Positions 1-12,111 are shown, counted from the stretch's first letter. The stretch is 64,000 bases of DNA from Heptranchias perlo (GCF_035084215.1 NC_090345.1:42718001-42782000), one strand, 5' to 3'. Translations and numbers: made by a program. Notes: a model not told the origin generated them from the letters alone.

Positions 1-268
1 CAGCAAAAACATGTGTTTTTAGTGATGTCAGTTGGGGGATAACTATTGGCCAGGATACCGGAGAAAACTCCCCTGCCCTTTTTCGAAATAGTGGCGTGGG
101 ATCTTTTCCATACATCGGAGAAGGCATCATCTCCAACAGTCCAGCACTGCCCCAGTACTGCACTGGAGTGTCAGCCTAGATTTTGTGCTCAAGTCTCTGG
201 AGTAGGACTTGAACCCACAACCTTCTGACTTAGAGGTGAGAGTGCTACCACTGAGCTACAGCTGACAT
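1..268 (-). mobile_element. tRNA-headed Deu-domain SINE (SacSINE1/AmnSINE-like), 5' part
   Basis: Reverse complement begins TGTCAGCTGTAGCTCAGTGGTAGCACTC...GGTTCAAGTCC (A/B boxes); homologous to 58530-58992. Confidence 0.8.
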
Positions 269-693
269 TGTGACACATCTGCTTCTCTGCCTTGTCCACA
301 TTATTATTTCCTTGTCACTGCTAACATCCGAACGTGGCAAGGGAAAAACAATTCAGGCGTATTTCAATAAACTCACTGTTATTATTTAATAAATGCTTCA
401 TGAGGGATGCACAGGCATCCATGGCAGACTTTAGTACAGAGGTTATTATTTTCCATTTTATCTCAGCCTTGATGAGGTTCCACATGTAAGCAATTCAACC
501 TTTGTGAATTTGTAGATGGGCTCTTCTCCATTGGGTTGGATATAGGGTTGCCAACTCTGGTTGGAGGCATTCCTGGAGGTTTGATCACATGATGTTCTGG
601 CCACAAGACATCTGATGATGTGACGTTTGGCCACAAGACATCTCATCACATGATGCCTGATTACATGACATCTGCAAATATTATTGCATTTAC

Positions 694-788
694 CTTACAA
701 AGGTTGGGTCCCCTCTAGCTGAGTTTTTTTGCCTGTAGTTTCCCACCAGCATCTGTTGTGTGAGACGTTCCGAGAACCAGGCGGCCTC
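694..788 (-). other. Candidate exon of an unidentified minus-strand transcript
   Basis: Acceptor ...cttcccctgctcacag|GAGGCC and donor AAG|gtaaat (alternative TTT|gtaagg at 699). One open frame reads EAAWFSERLTQQMLVGNYRQKNSARGDPTFVR; no family recognised. Confidence 0.35.
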
Positions 789-793
789 CTGTG

Positions 794-3700
794 AGCAGGG
801 GAAGAGGGGAAACCGAGGGCAGGGAAAAGGGGAAACCGAGGGCAGGGAAAAAGGGAAACCGAGGGCAGGGAAAGAGGGGAAACCGAGGGCAGGGAAAAAG
901 GGAAAACCGAGGGCAGGGAAAAGGGGAAACCGAGGGCAGGGAAAAAGGGAAAACCGAGGGCAGGGAAAAGGGGAAACCGAGGGCAGGGAAAAAGGGAAAA
1001 CCGAGGGCAGGGAAAAAGGGAAAACCGAGGGCAGGGAAAAGGGGAAACCGAGGGCAGGGAAAAAGGGAAACCGAGGGCAGGGAAAAAGGGAAACCGAGGG
1101 CAGGGAAAAGGGGAAACCGAGGGCAGGGAAAAAGGGAAAACCGAGGGCAGGGAAAAAGGGGAAACCAAGAGCAGGGAAAAAGGGAAAACCGAGGGCAGGG
1201 AAAAAGGGAAAACCGAGGGCAGGGAAAAAGGGAAAACCGAGGGCAGGGAAAAAGGGGAAACCAAGAGCAGGGAAAAGGGGAAACCGAGGGCAGGGAAAAA
1301 GGGGAAACCGAGGGCAGGGAAAAAGGGGAAACCAAGAGCAGGGAAAAAGGGAAAACCGAGGGCAGGGAAAAAGGGAAACCGAGGGCAGGGAAAAAGGGAA
1401 AACCGAGGGCAGGGAAAAAGGGAAAACCGAGGGCAGGGAAAAAGGGAAAACCGAGGGCAGGGAAAAGGGGAAACCAAGAGCAGGGAAAAGGGGAAACCGA
1501 GGGCAGGGAAAAAGGGGAAACCGAGGGCAGGGAAAAAGGGGAAACCGAGGGCAGGGAAAAAGGGGAAACCGAGGGCAGGGAAAAGGGGAAAACCGAGGGC
1601 AGGGAAAAAGGGAAAACCGAGGGCAGGGAAAAAGGGAAAACCGAGGGCAGGGAAAAAGGGGAAACCGAGAGCAGGGAAAAGGGGAAACCGAGGGCAGGAA
1701 AAAAGGGGAAACCGAGGGCAGGGAAAAAGGGGAAACCGAGGGCAGGGAAAAAGGGAAACCGAGGGCAGGGAAAAAGGGAAAACCGAGGGCAGGGAAAAAG
1801 GGAAAACCGAGGGCAGGGAAAAGGGGAAACCAAGAGCAGGGAAAAGGGGAAACCGAGGGCAGGGAAAAAGGGGAAACCGAGGGCAGGGAAAAAGGGAAAA
1901 CCGAGGGCAGGGAAAAGGGGAAACCTAGAGCAGGGAAAAGGGGAAACCGAGGGCAGGGAAAAAGGGGAAACCGAGGGCAGGGAAAAAGGGGAAACCAAGA
2001 GCAGGGAAAAGGGGAAACCGAGGGCAGGGAAAAAGGGGAAACCGAGGGCAGGGAAAAAGGGAAAACCGAGGGCAGGGAAAAGGGGAAACCGAGGGCAGGG
2101 AAAAAGGGGAAACCGAGGGCAGGGAAAAAGGGAAAACCGAGGGCAGGGAAAAGGGGAAACCGAGGGCAGGGAAAAGGGGAAACCGAGGGCAGGGTAAAAG
2201 GGAAAACCGAGGGCAGGGAAAAAGGGGAAACCGAGGGCAGGGAAAAAGGGAAAACCGAGGGCAGGGAAAAGGGGAAACCAAGAGCAGGGAAAAGGGGAAA
2301 CCGAGGGCAGGGAAAAAGGGGAAACCGAGGGCAGGGAAAAGGGGAAACCGAGGGCAGGGAAAAAGGGAAAACCGAGGGCAGGGAAAAGGGGAAACCGAGG
2401 GCAGGGAAAAGGGGAAACCGAGGGCAGGGAAAAAGGGAAAACCGAGGGCAGGGAAAAGGGGAAACCAAGAGCAGGGAAAAGGGGAAACCGAGGGCAGGGA
2501 AAAAGGGGAAACCGAGGGCAGGGAAAAAGGGAAAACCGAGGGCAGGGAAAAGGGGAAACCAAGAGCAGGGAAAAAGGGGAAACCAAGAGCAGGGAAAAAG
2601 GGGAAACCAAGAGCAGGGAAAAGGGGAAACCGAGGGCAGGGGAAAAGGGGAAACCGAGGGCAGGGAAAAGGGGAAACCGAGGGCAGGGAAAAAGGGGAAA
2701 CCGAGGGCAGGGAAAAAGGGGAAAACCGAGGGCAGGGAAAAGGGGAAACCGAGGGCAGGGAAAAAGGGAAAACCGAGGGCAGGGAAAAGGGGAAACCGAG
2801 GGCAGGGAAAAGGGGAAACCGAGGGCAGGGAAAAGGGGAAACGGAGGGCAGGGAAAAAGGGCAAACCGAGGGCAGGGAAAAAGGGGAAACCAAGAGCAGG
2901 GAAAAAGGGGAAACCAAGAGCAGGGAAAAGGGGAAACCGAGGGCAGGGAAAAAGGGGAAACCAAGAGCAGGGAAAAAGGGGAAACCAAGAGCAGGGAAAA
3001 AGGGGAAACCGAGGGCAGGGAAAAAGGGGAAACCGAGGGCAGGGAAAAAGGGGAAACCAAGAGCAGGGAAAAAGGGGAAACCAAGAGCAGGGAAAAAGGG
3101 GAAACCGAGGGCAGGGAAAAAGGGGAAACCAAGAGCAGGGAAAAAGGGGAAACCGAGGGCAGGGAAAAAGGGGAAACCGAGAGCAGGGAAAAAGGGGAAA
3201 CCGAGGGCAGGGAAAAAGGGGAAACCGAGGGCAGGGAAAAAGGGGAAACCGAGGGCAGGGAAAAAGGGGAAACCGAGAGCAGGGAAAAAGGGGAAACCGA
3301 GGGCAGGGAAAAAGGGGAAACCGAGAGCAGGGAAAAAGGGGAAACCGAGGGCAGGGAAAAAGGGGAAACCGAGGGCAGGGAAAAAGGGGAAACCGAGGGC
3401 AGGGAAAAAGGGGAAACCGAGGGCAGGGAAAAGGGGAAACCGAGGGCAGGGAAAAAGGGGAAACCAAGAGCAGGGAAAAAGGGGAAACCGAGGGCAGGGA
3501 AAAAGGGAAAACCGAGGGCAGGGAAAAAGGGGAAACCAAGAGCAGGGAAAAAGGGGAAACCGAGGGCAGGGAAAAGGGGAAACCGAGGGCAGGGAAAAAG
3601 GGGAACCAAGAGCAGGGAAAAAGGGGAAACCGAGGGCAGGGAAAAAGGGGAAACCGGGGGCAGGGAAAAGGGGAAACCGAGGGCAGGGAAAAGGGGAAAC

Positions 3701-4137
3701 CGAGGGCAGGGAAAAGGGGAAACCGAGGGCAGGGAAAAAGGGGAAACCAAGAGCAGGGAAAAAGGGGAAACCGAGGGCAGGGAAAAAGGGGAAACGGAGG
3801 GCAGGGAAAAGGGGAAACCGAGGGCAGGGAAAAAGGGGAAACCGAGGGCAGGGAAAAAGGGGAAACCAAGAGCAGGGAAAAAGGGGAAACCGAGGGCAGG
3901 GAAAAAGGGGAAACCGAGGGCAGGGAAAAGGGGAAACCGAGGGCAGGGAAAAGGGGAAACCGAGGGCAGGGAAAAAGGGGAAACCGAGGGCAGGGAAAAA
4001 GGGGAAACCGAGGGCAGGGAAAAAGGGGAAACCGAGGGCAGGGAAAAAGGGGAAACCGAGGGCAGGGAAAAAGGGGAAACTGAGGGCAGGGAAAAAGGGG
4101 AAACCGAGGGCAGGGAAAAAGGGAAACCGAGGGCAGG
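794..4137. repeat. Purine-rich minisatellite, 23-24 bp unit (GGGAAAA[A]GGGGAAACCGAGGGCA), roughly 140 copies
   Basis: Directly visible tandem array, almost T-free on the plus strand, with recurrent variants (CCAAGAGCA, A4/A5, G3A4/G4A3). Confidence 0.99.
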
Positions 4138-6879
4138 ATGAAGTTTGATTCCACCAGTAACTAATAGTAACCTGCTGAAATTGCACTGATAACTAATAGT
4201 AATACTAATAACATTCAGAATTCCCTCATAACCAACTCACAATAACACATTGATAGTCTATAAGTAATGTAATAATAGGTGTAACGCCACGATATCCTAC
4301 CTGTAACCAGTAGTAATCCTATAAACCACTGATACTCACCCTGAAACCATGGCCAGAATCCCCCTGCACTGCACAAGGTGCGGTCAGGCTCCCCAGTGGA
4401 TGCCACTTTTAACCGGCCTCATCTCTCTCCCTGTCTCCTTGGACTCCGGTTCCATGTGACGGTGACCATACTGAACTGGGAACCTCAGTCAGAGCTGATC
4501 TGTACTTGAACATCACACGTCAAAACCAGTCGGTACAGACCAGGCTGAACCAGACCAAGAGATCGCACAAAGGACAGTGGGCTCAGTGTTTGGGGCAATT
4601 CTCACAGGGCACATCGACCTAAACTCAGCTCAGCACCAACATTTCTAAACCACTCCCTGAGCTTGCACTCAATAAAGGAAAGTTTTCATTCAGTGATAGA
4701 AATTGCAGCACAGTAGGAGGCCATTTGGCCCCGGTGCCTGAACTGGTGCTGGCGCTCTCTCCTCTCTCCGTTCCCCCAAGATCCTTTTATGTTCCTCCTT
4801 TTCAAATACTTATCCCATTCCCTTTTAAATGATGTTCTGGCCTCTGCCTCAATAGCCACTTGTGGTGAAGCAACCCATGGTCTAATAGCCCTCAGTTCAA
4901 AAACATTCCTTCTCCATTCCCCCTTGTTTCTTCCAATGAGAATCCTCAGTCTCCGTCCCCTTGTTCCACATTCACCCACCAATGGAAATAATCATTCACT
5001 GTTTACCCACCGTAAGGTCCCCAGGTTTCACTAATCCCGTTTACTGGCTTCTCGTCTCTTGGCTCCACTCCCACTCACCACATTGCTGCTGCTGCTGGCT
5101 CTGCAGGAAATGCTGCTTCCCACAGCCACCCCATTCCTCAGTCTCCCCCCTGCCCTAGCCCCAATCATGTCTCTATCTCTTCCCCCCGAGCCCCCATTCC
5201 CTTCTCCGTCTTTCTCTCCACCCACCCGAGTCCCAATCTTCAGACCCCCATTCCCCAGTCTCCCTCTCTCACTGACAACGAGTGAGCTTTTAACCCTTAT
5301 TTTAAAGCAGTCTGCTTTAAAATATTTAACTTCGCAAAATCCTTCAGTGCAGTCAGTGTATTCAAGTGGGTTACGGCAGTCACCAATTCCAATAGCTGCA
5401 TCCTCAATAGCTGAACACTCTAGCATCTCCTGAAGGTGGTACTTTACCATTTCTTTGTTCTGGGTCAGCTGTAGCACTATTCCTAAACACTTACACAGAA
5501 ATCCCCTTCTCTTGTAGAAAGAGGCGATAACTGTGAACGTGGTTAGTCATTTCTTCACAAAGTTGGACATCTATGCCTCGTGTGCCATTGCCTCCAGAGT
5601 TTAGTACAAAGCCCATAATAGTTTCCCATCCCACAAATTATGGAGATTTCTCCAGATTCTCTCACAGAAAAATCAACTAAATTGCAAATTCCTTTTCCCA
5701 TACTTTCACCGCTACTGAGTGAGTGATGATACCCAGAATTTGCATTAAGGTCAGATCAGGAGCACTTCTGCCCTTTCCCCAATTCAGTGAAAAAGACACA
5801 GTCAACAAGCAAGGCAGCAGTGCGTGAGGCTTAGGAAGGTTTGAATACCCCTTACAATTAAGTAAAAATTCTTTGGGCCCAGCTTTCAGTTCCTTAGTTC
5901 CAAGGTATACCAATGAACTACAAACAGTTGCTGTGGCAACTGTACCATACTGTGATCCCAAACTCTAGTAGTAATGGCCAGAGAACATCACCAATCGCTA
6001 AAGTTATGGTCACTTCCGTCAATTCTTCGCACTTAAATCTTTGTATGTGACCACGTTGCAGAGCTCCTCAGTGCTTTCCACGTTTTCCTTGTTCATTGCT
6101 CACTGCATTTACATAACTGAAGCCTGACTTCAGAATCATAGACCCATATTTTCGAGGGTCTGCGATGCCCAGTTCCTGGAACGTGGGTTGTTCGCCTCTC
6201 GAGGAGGCAGAACTGTGTGTCTGCAGTTGGTTTCACTACTAAATTGTGAAAGCACTTAATGTTTGATCCATCTTATTCCTGCATTTCCTAAAGCCCATGG
6301 GTGCTTTAGAAATAGCAGTTACAATCAGTAGTGAAATCATGCATATGTGGTAAACACTGCAGCATTCTTAAAACTCTGCTCCACTTACTGATGGTCCAAC
6401 AGGTTTATCCAGTACGCAGCTAAGCTATGCAAAGCAGGAAGATCCCAGGTTTGATCTTTGGTCAGTACTGTTCAACCTGCTGCATAAATACAATATCCAA
6501 CATTTCTTTTTTCACTTTTTAAATTATACTTTTCCATTCCTCTCCTGAAGGTATGAACTCCGTGTTCACATCACACCCAGGTGGCTATTATTCAACTGTG
6601 TACTTTGACAGTGAATGTTATCAGACTATTCAACCACAGGGGCATGTCAGACCAGCTTGTTCCAACTATCACCCATTGTTAACATGTATACACTCCCAGC
6701 AGGAGCTGCAGGATAGCTGTCAGGAGCAGGAAGCCTGCCCTATATTCTCCTCCCATACCCAGGGGCTATGAGGACAATTGTAGTGCCCACTACCAGTACC
6801 TTGACTGAGATGAGCCAACTCAGCACAGACCTGAGATCAAACCAGGGTTGTTCCCATTCCTATATGGTTCAGCGACTCA

Positions 6880-7268
6880 ATGTCGTGGGTTCAAGTCCCA
6901 CTCCAGGCACTTGAGCACAAAATCTAAGCTGACACTCCAGTACAGCACAGAGGGAGTGCTGCACTGTCGGCGGTGCCGTCTTTCAGCCGAGACTTTAAAC
7001 CAAGGCCCCGTCTGCCCTCTCAGGTGGATGTAAAAGATGCTATGGAACTGTTTTGAAGAAGTGCTGGGGAGTTCTCCCCAGTATCCTGGCCAATATTTAT
7101 CCCTCAACCAACACCAAAAACAGATTATCTGGTCATTATCACATTGCTATTTGTGGGACTTTGCTGTGTGCAAATTGGCTGCTGTGTTTCCTACATTACA
7201 ACAGTGTAAGTAAAGCACTTTGCAACATCCTGAGGTCGTGAAAGGCACTATATAAATGCAAGTCTTTT
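6880..7268 (+). mobile_element. Deu-domain SINE (SacSINE1-like)
   Basis: B box GGTTCAAGTCC, Deu core (GGTGCCGTCTTTC...GGCCAATATTTATCCCTCAACC), tail ending TATATAAATGCAAGTC. Confidence 0.85.
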
Positions 7269-8139
7269 TATAAATGCACTGGGTCAAGGACAAAACTATT
7301 ATGAGTGTAAATTTGTTCTAATTTAAAGAAATTAGAACAAAAGCAGATTTTTAGTATCGTGGGATTTCACATCGGAGTAATGTGATAGAGTGTGAAATGA
7401 CATCAGGGTGTCATAAATAGTTGTGGCATGGTCAGACTGTACCATATAAGCTAATGGCTAGCTGCAGGGCTGTCAGGACAATGTTTGCTCAGTTGTAGGG
7501 TAATTTTCTGCATCTTGATTTGAGTTAGAAATTGTATTGAGAATTCAAACTAGGAATATAGTAATGTATAGGGCTGGTGTAGATCCCTTCAGTCAATCCG
7601 GATGGCCCACAGTTGAAAAAATACCCAAACGATACTGTAGCCTATAAATTTCTGTTGCCAATTTATATGGCATTCCTTGGTCGACTCATTTAGCGGGAAT
7701 CAACAACCCATTTAAAATATTCAGATTAATGCCTGCTTTAAAATAGTAAAAAGAGGAATGTTATACAAATGGATTGAGCCTTTGTCTGCTGATAGAGCCA
7801 ACAGTCATTTCTAGTTTGTACCCCGATACCCCTCAATCACTTACTCAGTCAAAAAACTATCCATCTCCCTCTTGAAGCTGCTGACACTATCCACTTCCAT
7901 TGTCTCAGAGCAGTTTGTTCCAGACACTCCTCGCCTTCTGTGTGTTAGTTAAATAATAAACTGTTTACTCACTTCCCCTCTTCTGATCTTGAGTTCATAC
8001 CTCTGGCTGCAATTTGTGGTTATGTCACACAATTTATTAGACTCGTTTATCTATAACCCTTTGTTAATATTCCACCTGACTCTTCTTTCCTCCATTTTCT
8101 TCCTTCATCTCTTCTTGTAGCCCAGCCAACCAATTACTT

Positions 8140-8490
8140 TTGGAGTGTACTCACTGTTGTCTTATTGGCAAAGATAGCAGTCAATTTAAGCAGAACAAGA
8201 TCCCACAAACAACAAATGAGATGATGGACCACTTACTGTTTTGGTGATTTTGGTTGGGGGATGAATGTTGGCCAGTACCAGCAATGGGATCTTTTATGTC
8301 CATCTATGCGGGTGATTGGAACCTCAGTTTAACATCTCATACAGAAGACGGCATCGCCAACAGTGCAGCACTCCCTCAGTGTTGCACTGAAGTATCAACC
8401 TAGATAATGTGCCTAAGTCCTGCAGTGGGACATGAACCCACCGTTTCTGACTGAAAGGCAAGAGTGCTTACCACTGGGCCTAGCTGACAT
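8140..8490 (-). mobile_element. Deu-domain SINE, diverged copy
   Basis: Homologous to 58530-58992 on the minus strand. Confidence 0.7.
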
Positions 8491-9250
8491 TTGTCTCTGG
8501 TATTACTTTAGTATTCAGAATGTGATCTTGCGAACGGCATTTGGTTTGAAAATAGTGGTGATAAAATAAAAGGGTAAACTCAACGATCCCAGTGGGAGCT
8601 GAACTTGTCCTATCTCTGACCGGTGCTCCCTTCCCCTGTGACTCCCCCACTGGGAACATGTGATTGTTGAATTACCCTATGTGATGAGGGTTGTCACATT
8701 GGTTGGACACATTAGCCAGTGGTACAGAAAAAGAACATGATGTCACAGGTTATGTCATGTGATTTGAGGCACATCATAACTGATTGGCCAGTTCATGACA
8801 TACAAGGGCAAGTAAGAACATAAATCCTATTTAAACAGCTGGCCATGATGTATCTGCTTGTTATAAATGAATCTCTACAGAAGTGGAATTAAAAGCATGA
8901 TGAGGCCAGTGAAGTAATTCCCAAGCCTTTTTAATAAATGGCTTGTATATAATAGTGAATTCTGGTGCTCATTATGACACGGGATTTCAGTGCTTGGCAA
9001 CGGGACACTTTATTCACTTCAGCCACACAGCGTTAACTGCAGGCACTTCCAGGTTTAGTACAGCACACCCACCTCATTCCTGAAATGGCAAGAATCAGGG
9101 GGTACATTCCCAGGTATCCAGCATTTTTGTTTTGCTGAAGTGGGAATTTTGGACACAATGGGGTCAAAACTCGTTTTGAGCCGATTGGGCAAATAGGGCG
9201 ATCGTGATTCAACCGCCCGTTACACACCCCACCCGATATTCCATTGGACT

Positions 9251-9820
9251 AACAGGCGGGTCGTATAACAGGCGGGTCGTATAACAGGCGGGTCGTATAA
9301 CAGGCGGGTCGTATAACAGGCGGGTCGTATAACAGGCGGGTCGTATAACAGGCGGGTCGTATAACAGGCGGGTCGTATAACAGGCGGGTCGTATAACAGG
9401 CGGGTCGTATAACAGGCGGGTCGTATAACAGGCGGGTCGTATAACAGGCGGGTCGTATAACAGGCGGGTCGTATAACAGGCGGGTCGTATAACAGGCGGG
9501 TCGTATAACAGGCGGGTCGTATAACAGGCGGGTCGTATAACAGGCGGGTCGTATAACAGGCGGGTCGTATAACAGGCGGGTCGTATAACAGGCGGGTCGT
9601 ATAACAGGCGGGTCGTATAACAGGCGGGTCGTATAACAGGCGGGTCGTATAACAGGCGGGTCGTATAACAGGCGGGTCGTATAACAGGCGGGTCGTATAA
9701 CAGGCGGGTCGTATAACAGGCGGGTCGTATAACAGGCGGGTCGTATAACAGGCGGGTCGTATAACAGGCGGGTCGTATAACAGGCGGGTCGTATAACAGG
9801 CGGGTCGTATAACAGGCGGG
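9251..9820. repeat. Perfect 16-bp tandem repeat (AACAGGCGGGTCGTAT), about 35.5 copies
   Basis: Identical units read directly. The 16-aa periodic translation in the ORF track equals 3 units. Confidence 0.99.
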
Positions 9821-10254
9821 CGATACGATACCGTGCAAATCATAATTCTGCGCCAATGTAATTTAAACCCATACCACCAGGATTAAGACGATTCAAATTA
9901 AATTTATAACGAATCTTTACATCTGTCAGAGACTCTCATCCTATTACCCTGAGCTGGGTTGTAAATCCACTACACGACCCAGTTGTCCCTAGCAAGAATT
10001 TGATTTTCTTCGCCATGTGATTTCAGTTTTGACAGTATTTACAAATCTAAACAGACACAATAAAAACACACAGAACAGAATTTAAATGGCAGCAGTGCTT
10101 AACATGAGTGAAATCATTCTGCAAAGTAACAGAGGCCATCATTTTGAATCGTGTCCCAAAATGCAAAAATATACACAATACTACATGACCACTTACACTA
10201 TCTCCCGCGACGACATATGGTTAATGATACTGGAGATAAAGACCACGAAGATTC

Positions 10255-10780
10255 CCAAGATACCAGGGTTAAATTATGAGGATAGGATGTATAGACTAGG
10301 CTTATATTCCCTTGAATAAAGAAAATTAAGGGGTGATCTAATTGAGGTGCTTAAGATGATTAAAGGATTTAATAGGGCAGAGACACAGAAACTATTTCCT
10401 CTGGTGGGGGAATCCAGAATGTGGGGGGGCGGCATAACCTTAAAATTAGAGCTAGGCAGATCAGGGGTATTATCAGGAAGCACTTCTTCACACAAAGGAG
10501 AGTGGAATCTGGAACTATCTTCCCCAAAAATCTGTTGAAGCTGGGGGTCAATTGAAAATTTCAAAACTGAAATTTTCTAGATTTTTGTTAGGCAAGGGTA
10601 TCAATGGTTAGAGACCCAAGGCAGGTAGATGGAACATACGAACAGGACTAGGCCATTCAGCCCCTCGAGCCTGTTCCACCATTTAATTAGATCATGGAGT
10701 TAAGATACAGATCAGCCATGATCTAATTGAATGGCAGAACAGGCTCAAGGGGCTTAATGGCCTAGTCCTATTCCTACATT
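10255..10780 (+). mobile_element. CR1-type LINE 3' fragment
   Basis: Translates to IPGLNYEDRMYRLGLYSLE..LRGDLIEVLKMIKGF, followed by the CR1 tail. Confidence 0.85.
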
Positions 10781-11770
10781 CAGACACCCAAACATTGCAA
10801 CATGCAAATACATAACCAGGAACACCCAGTTCATCTAATAACTGAAAAAGACTGGAAAGTGCACAAGTCAACTTGTGAGCTGAATGAGGGAATTTCACTT
10901 TTCCTCTCGCGTGGGATCGGGTTTATAAGACATCTGCAAATCTTAAGTGACAATTGACTTCAGAAGGACAGCACAAAGCATTTGAGAAGCTACATGGGTG
11001 TGAAATTTTAGCACTATCCCAGTCGTCAGATTTACAAGCAAATCCAAAAGTAAATACACCAGATGTTCCTTTTATGATTTATCGAGTATGTTTCAAAATG
11101 TGCTGCTGTTTGTTAGCCGAATTCCATGTACGCGTGTACTCATAAGAGCTACATTTGTCTAAAGCATACAGGTTTTACTGATTCAATTAGGTAATGAGTT
11201 CTTGATGTGTAAATGTTTTATATTCAAGTGCATTGGTGCAGAAAAGGGCAATCAAACTGATACCTAGCTTAAGGCAACTGAGTGAGGAGAGTCTGTTTAT
11301 TTTGAAGAGAATGCGCAGGGGAGATCTTATTTAAGTGATCAAGATTGTTAAAAGATAATTTCAAAGCTGCCACAGACTCTCAAACCTGGGGATAGGGATC
11401 AAACTTTGAAGAGGGAAGGTAATGGATGGTTTGATTGAACTACTTTAGAGGATGGTAGTGAATGTGTGGAATGGGCTGATCAGAGGGGCAGATAGTGTGG
11501 AGAAGGTTAATTCTGAATTGGACAGTTGTTTGAGGCAGTGGGCACTTTAGTGGTATTAGGAACTGTCCAGATAGACAGCAGCATAGCTTCCAGTCCTGTA
11601 CTTTCCCATGCTCCTCTACATCCAAATTGGAAGTAAGCCAAGGGCTTTGTGCCCTTGCAGAACAAGGATTTGTATTCCTATATCCAGCTCAAAGCAAATA
11701 TTATTCAACTCTCTCGTGACATTAGATAAAATAGTATAACAATCCTCAGATTTCAAACAACTCCTAATCC

Positions 11771-11776
11771 TTTATT
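11771..11776 (-). terminator. Candidate CISD1 polyadenylation signal
   Basis: AATAAA on the minus strand about 340 nt downstream of the CISD1 stop, after an AT-rich 3'UTR-like stretch. Confidence 0.5.
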
Positions 11777-12111
11777 CATCTGACCTTGATAAAATAATCA
11801 AAATAATGTATGTCAACCACAATTTAGAGAAAATGATCATATTGCATTGTATTACTCCAATATTTAACTTTACACACACACAGAGAACATACCATCAACC
11901 ACAGACATTTGGAAGAACATCTCAAATGATCTCAAGGCCAAGATTTAGTGTTTTTAACCATCATACAGAGTGGACCTTGCTGAAAATTAAAGTCTGCACC
12001 GTACAATTTACTTCTATTTCATTTTACACCTGCCGTGATGATTCACAGTAATTATTTGTACATTAACACAAAACATGTTTTACTGCTTTTTTTAAAAAAA
12101 AAATCCTCGCA

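Noticed and set aside
690-4186. Six long ORFs of up to 1154 aa (FPCPR/GKRGN-rich)
   Set aside because: They are open in nearly all frames only because the satellite lacks T on one strand and A on the other; they are translations of a 23-24 bp repeat.
4215-4455. In-frame TGA between MEPESKETGREMRPVKSGIHWGA and PHLVQCRGILAMVS, considered as possible selenocysteine
   Set aside because: No resemblance to a selenoprotein family and no SECIS identifiable; a uORF or chance is simpler.
5031-5290. Pro/Ser-rich ORF 5059-5433 with a signal-peptide-like start
   Set aside because: Driven by C/T-rich low complexity and a (CTG)n run; non-ATG start and no splice support.
8690-8840. Cluster of CCAAT boxes and TATTTAAA resembling a promoter or solo LTR
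   Set aside because: No TG...CA ends, TSD, second copy or downstream exon identified; short motifs alone are insufficient.
9209-9856. Periodic ORFs (PPVIRPACYTTRLLYD)n and a possible CRISPR array
   Set aside because: Head-to-tail identical 16-mers with no spacers, no cas genes, and a vertebrate context.
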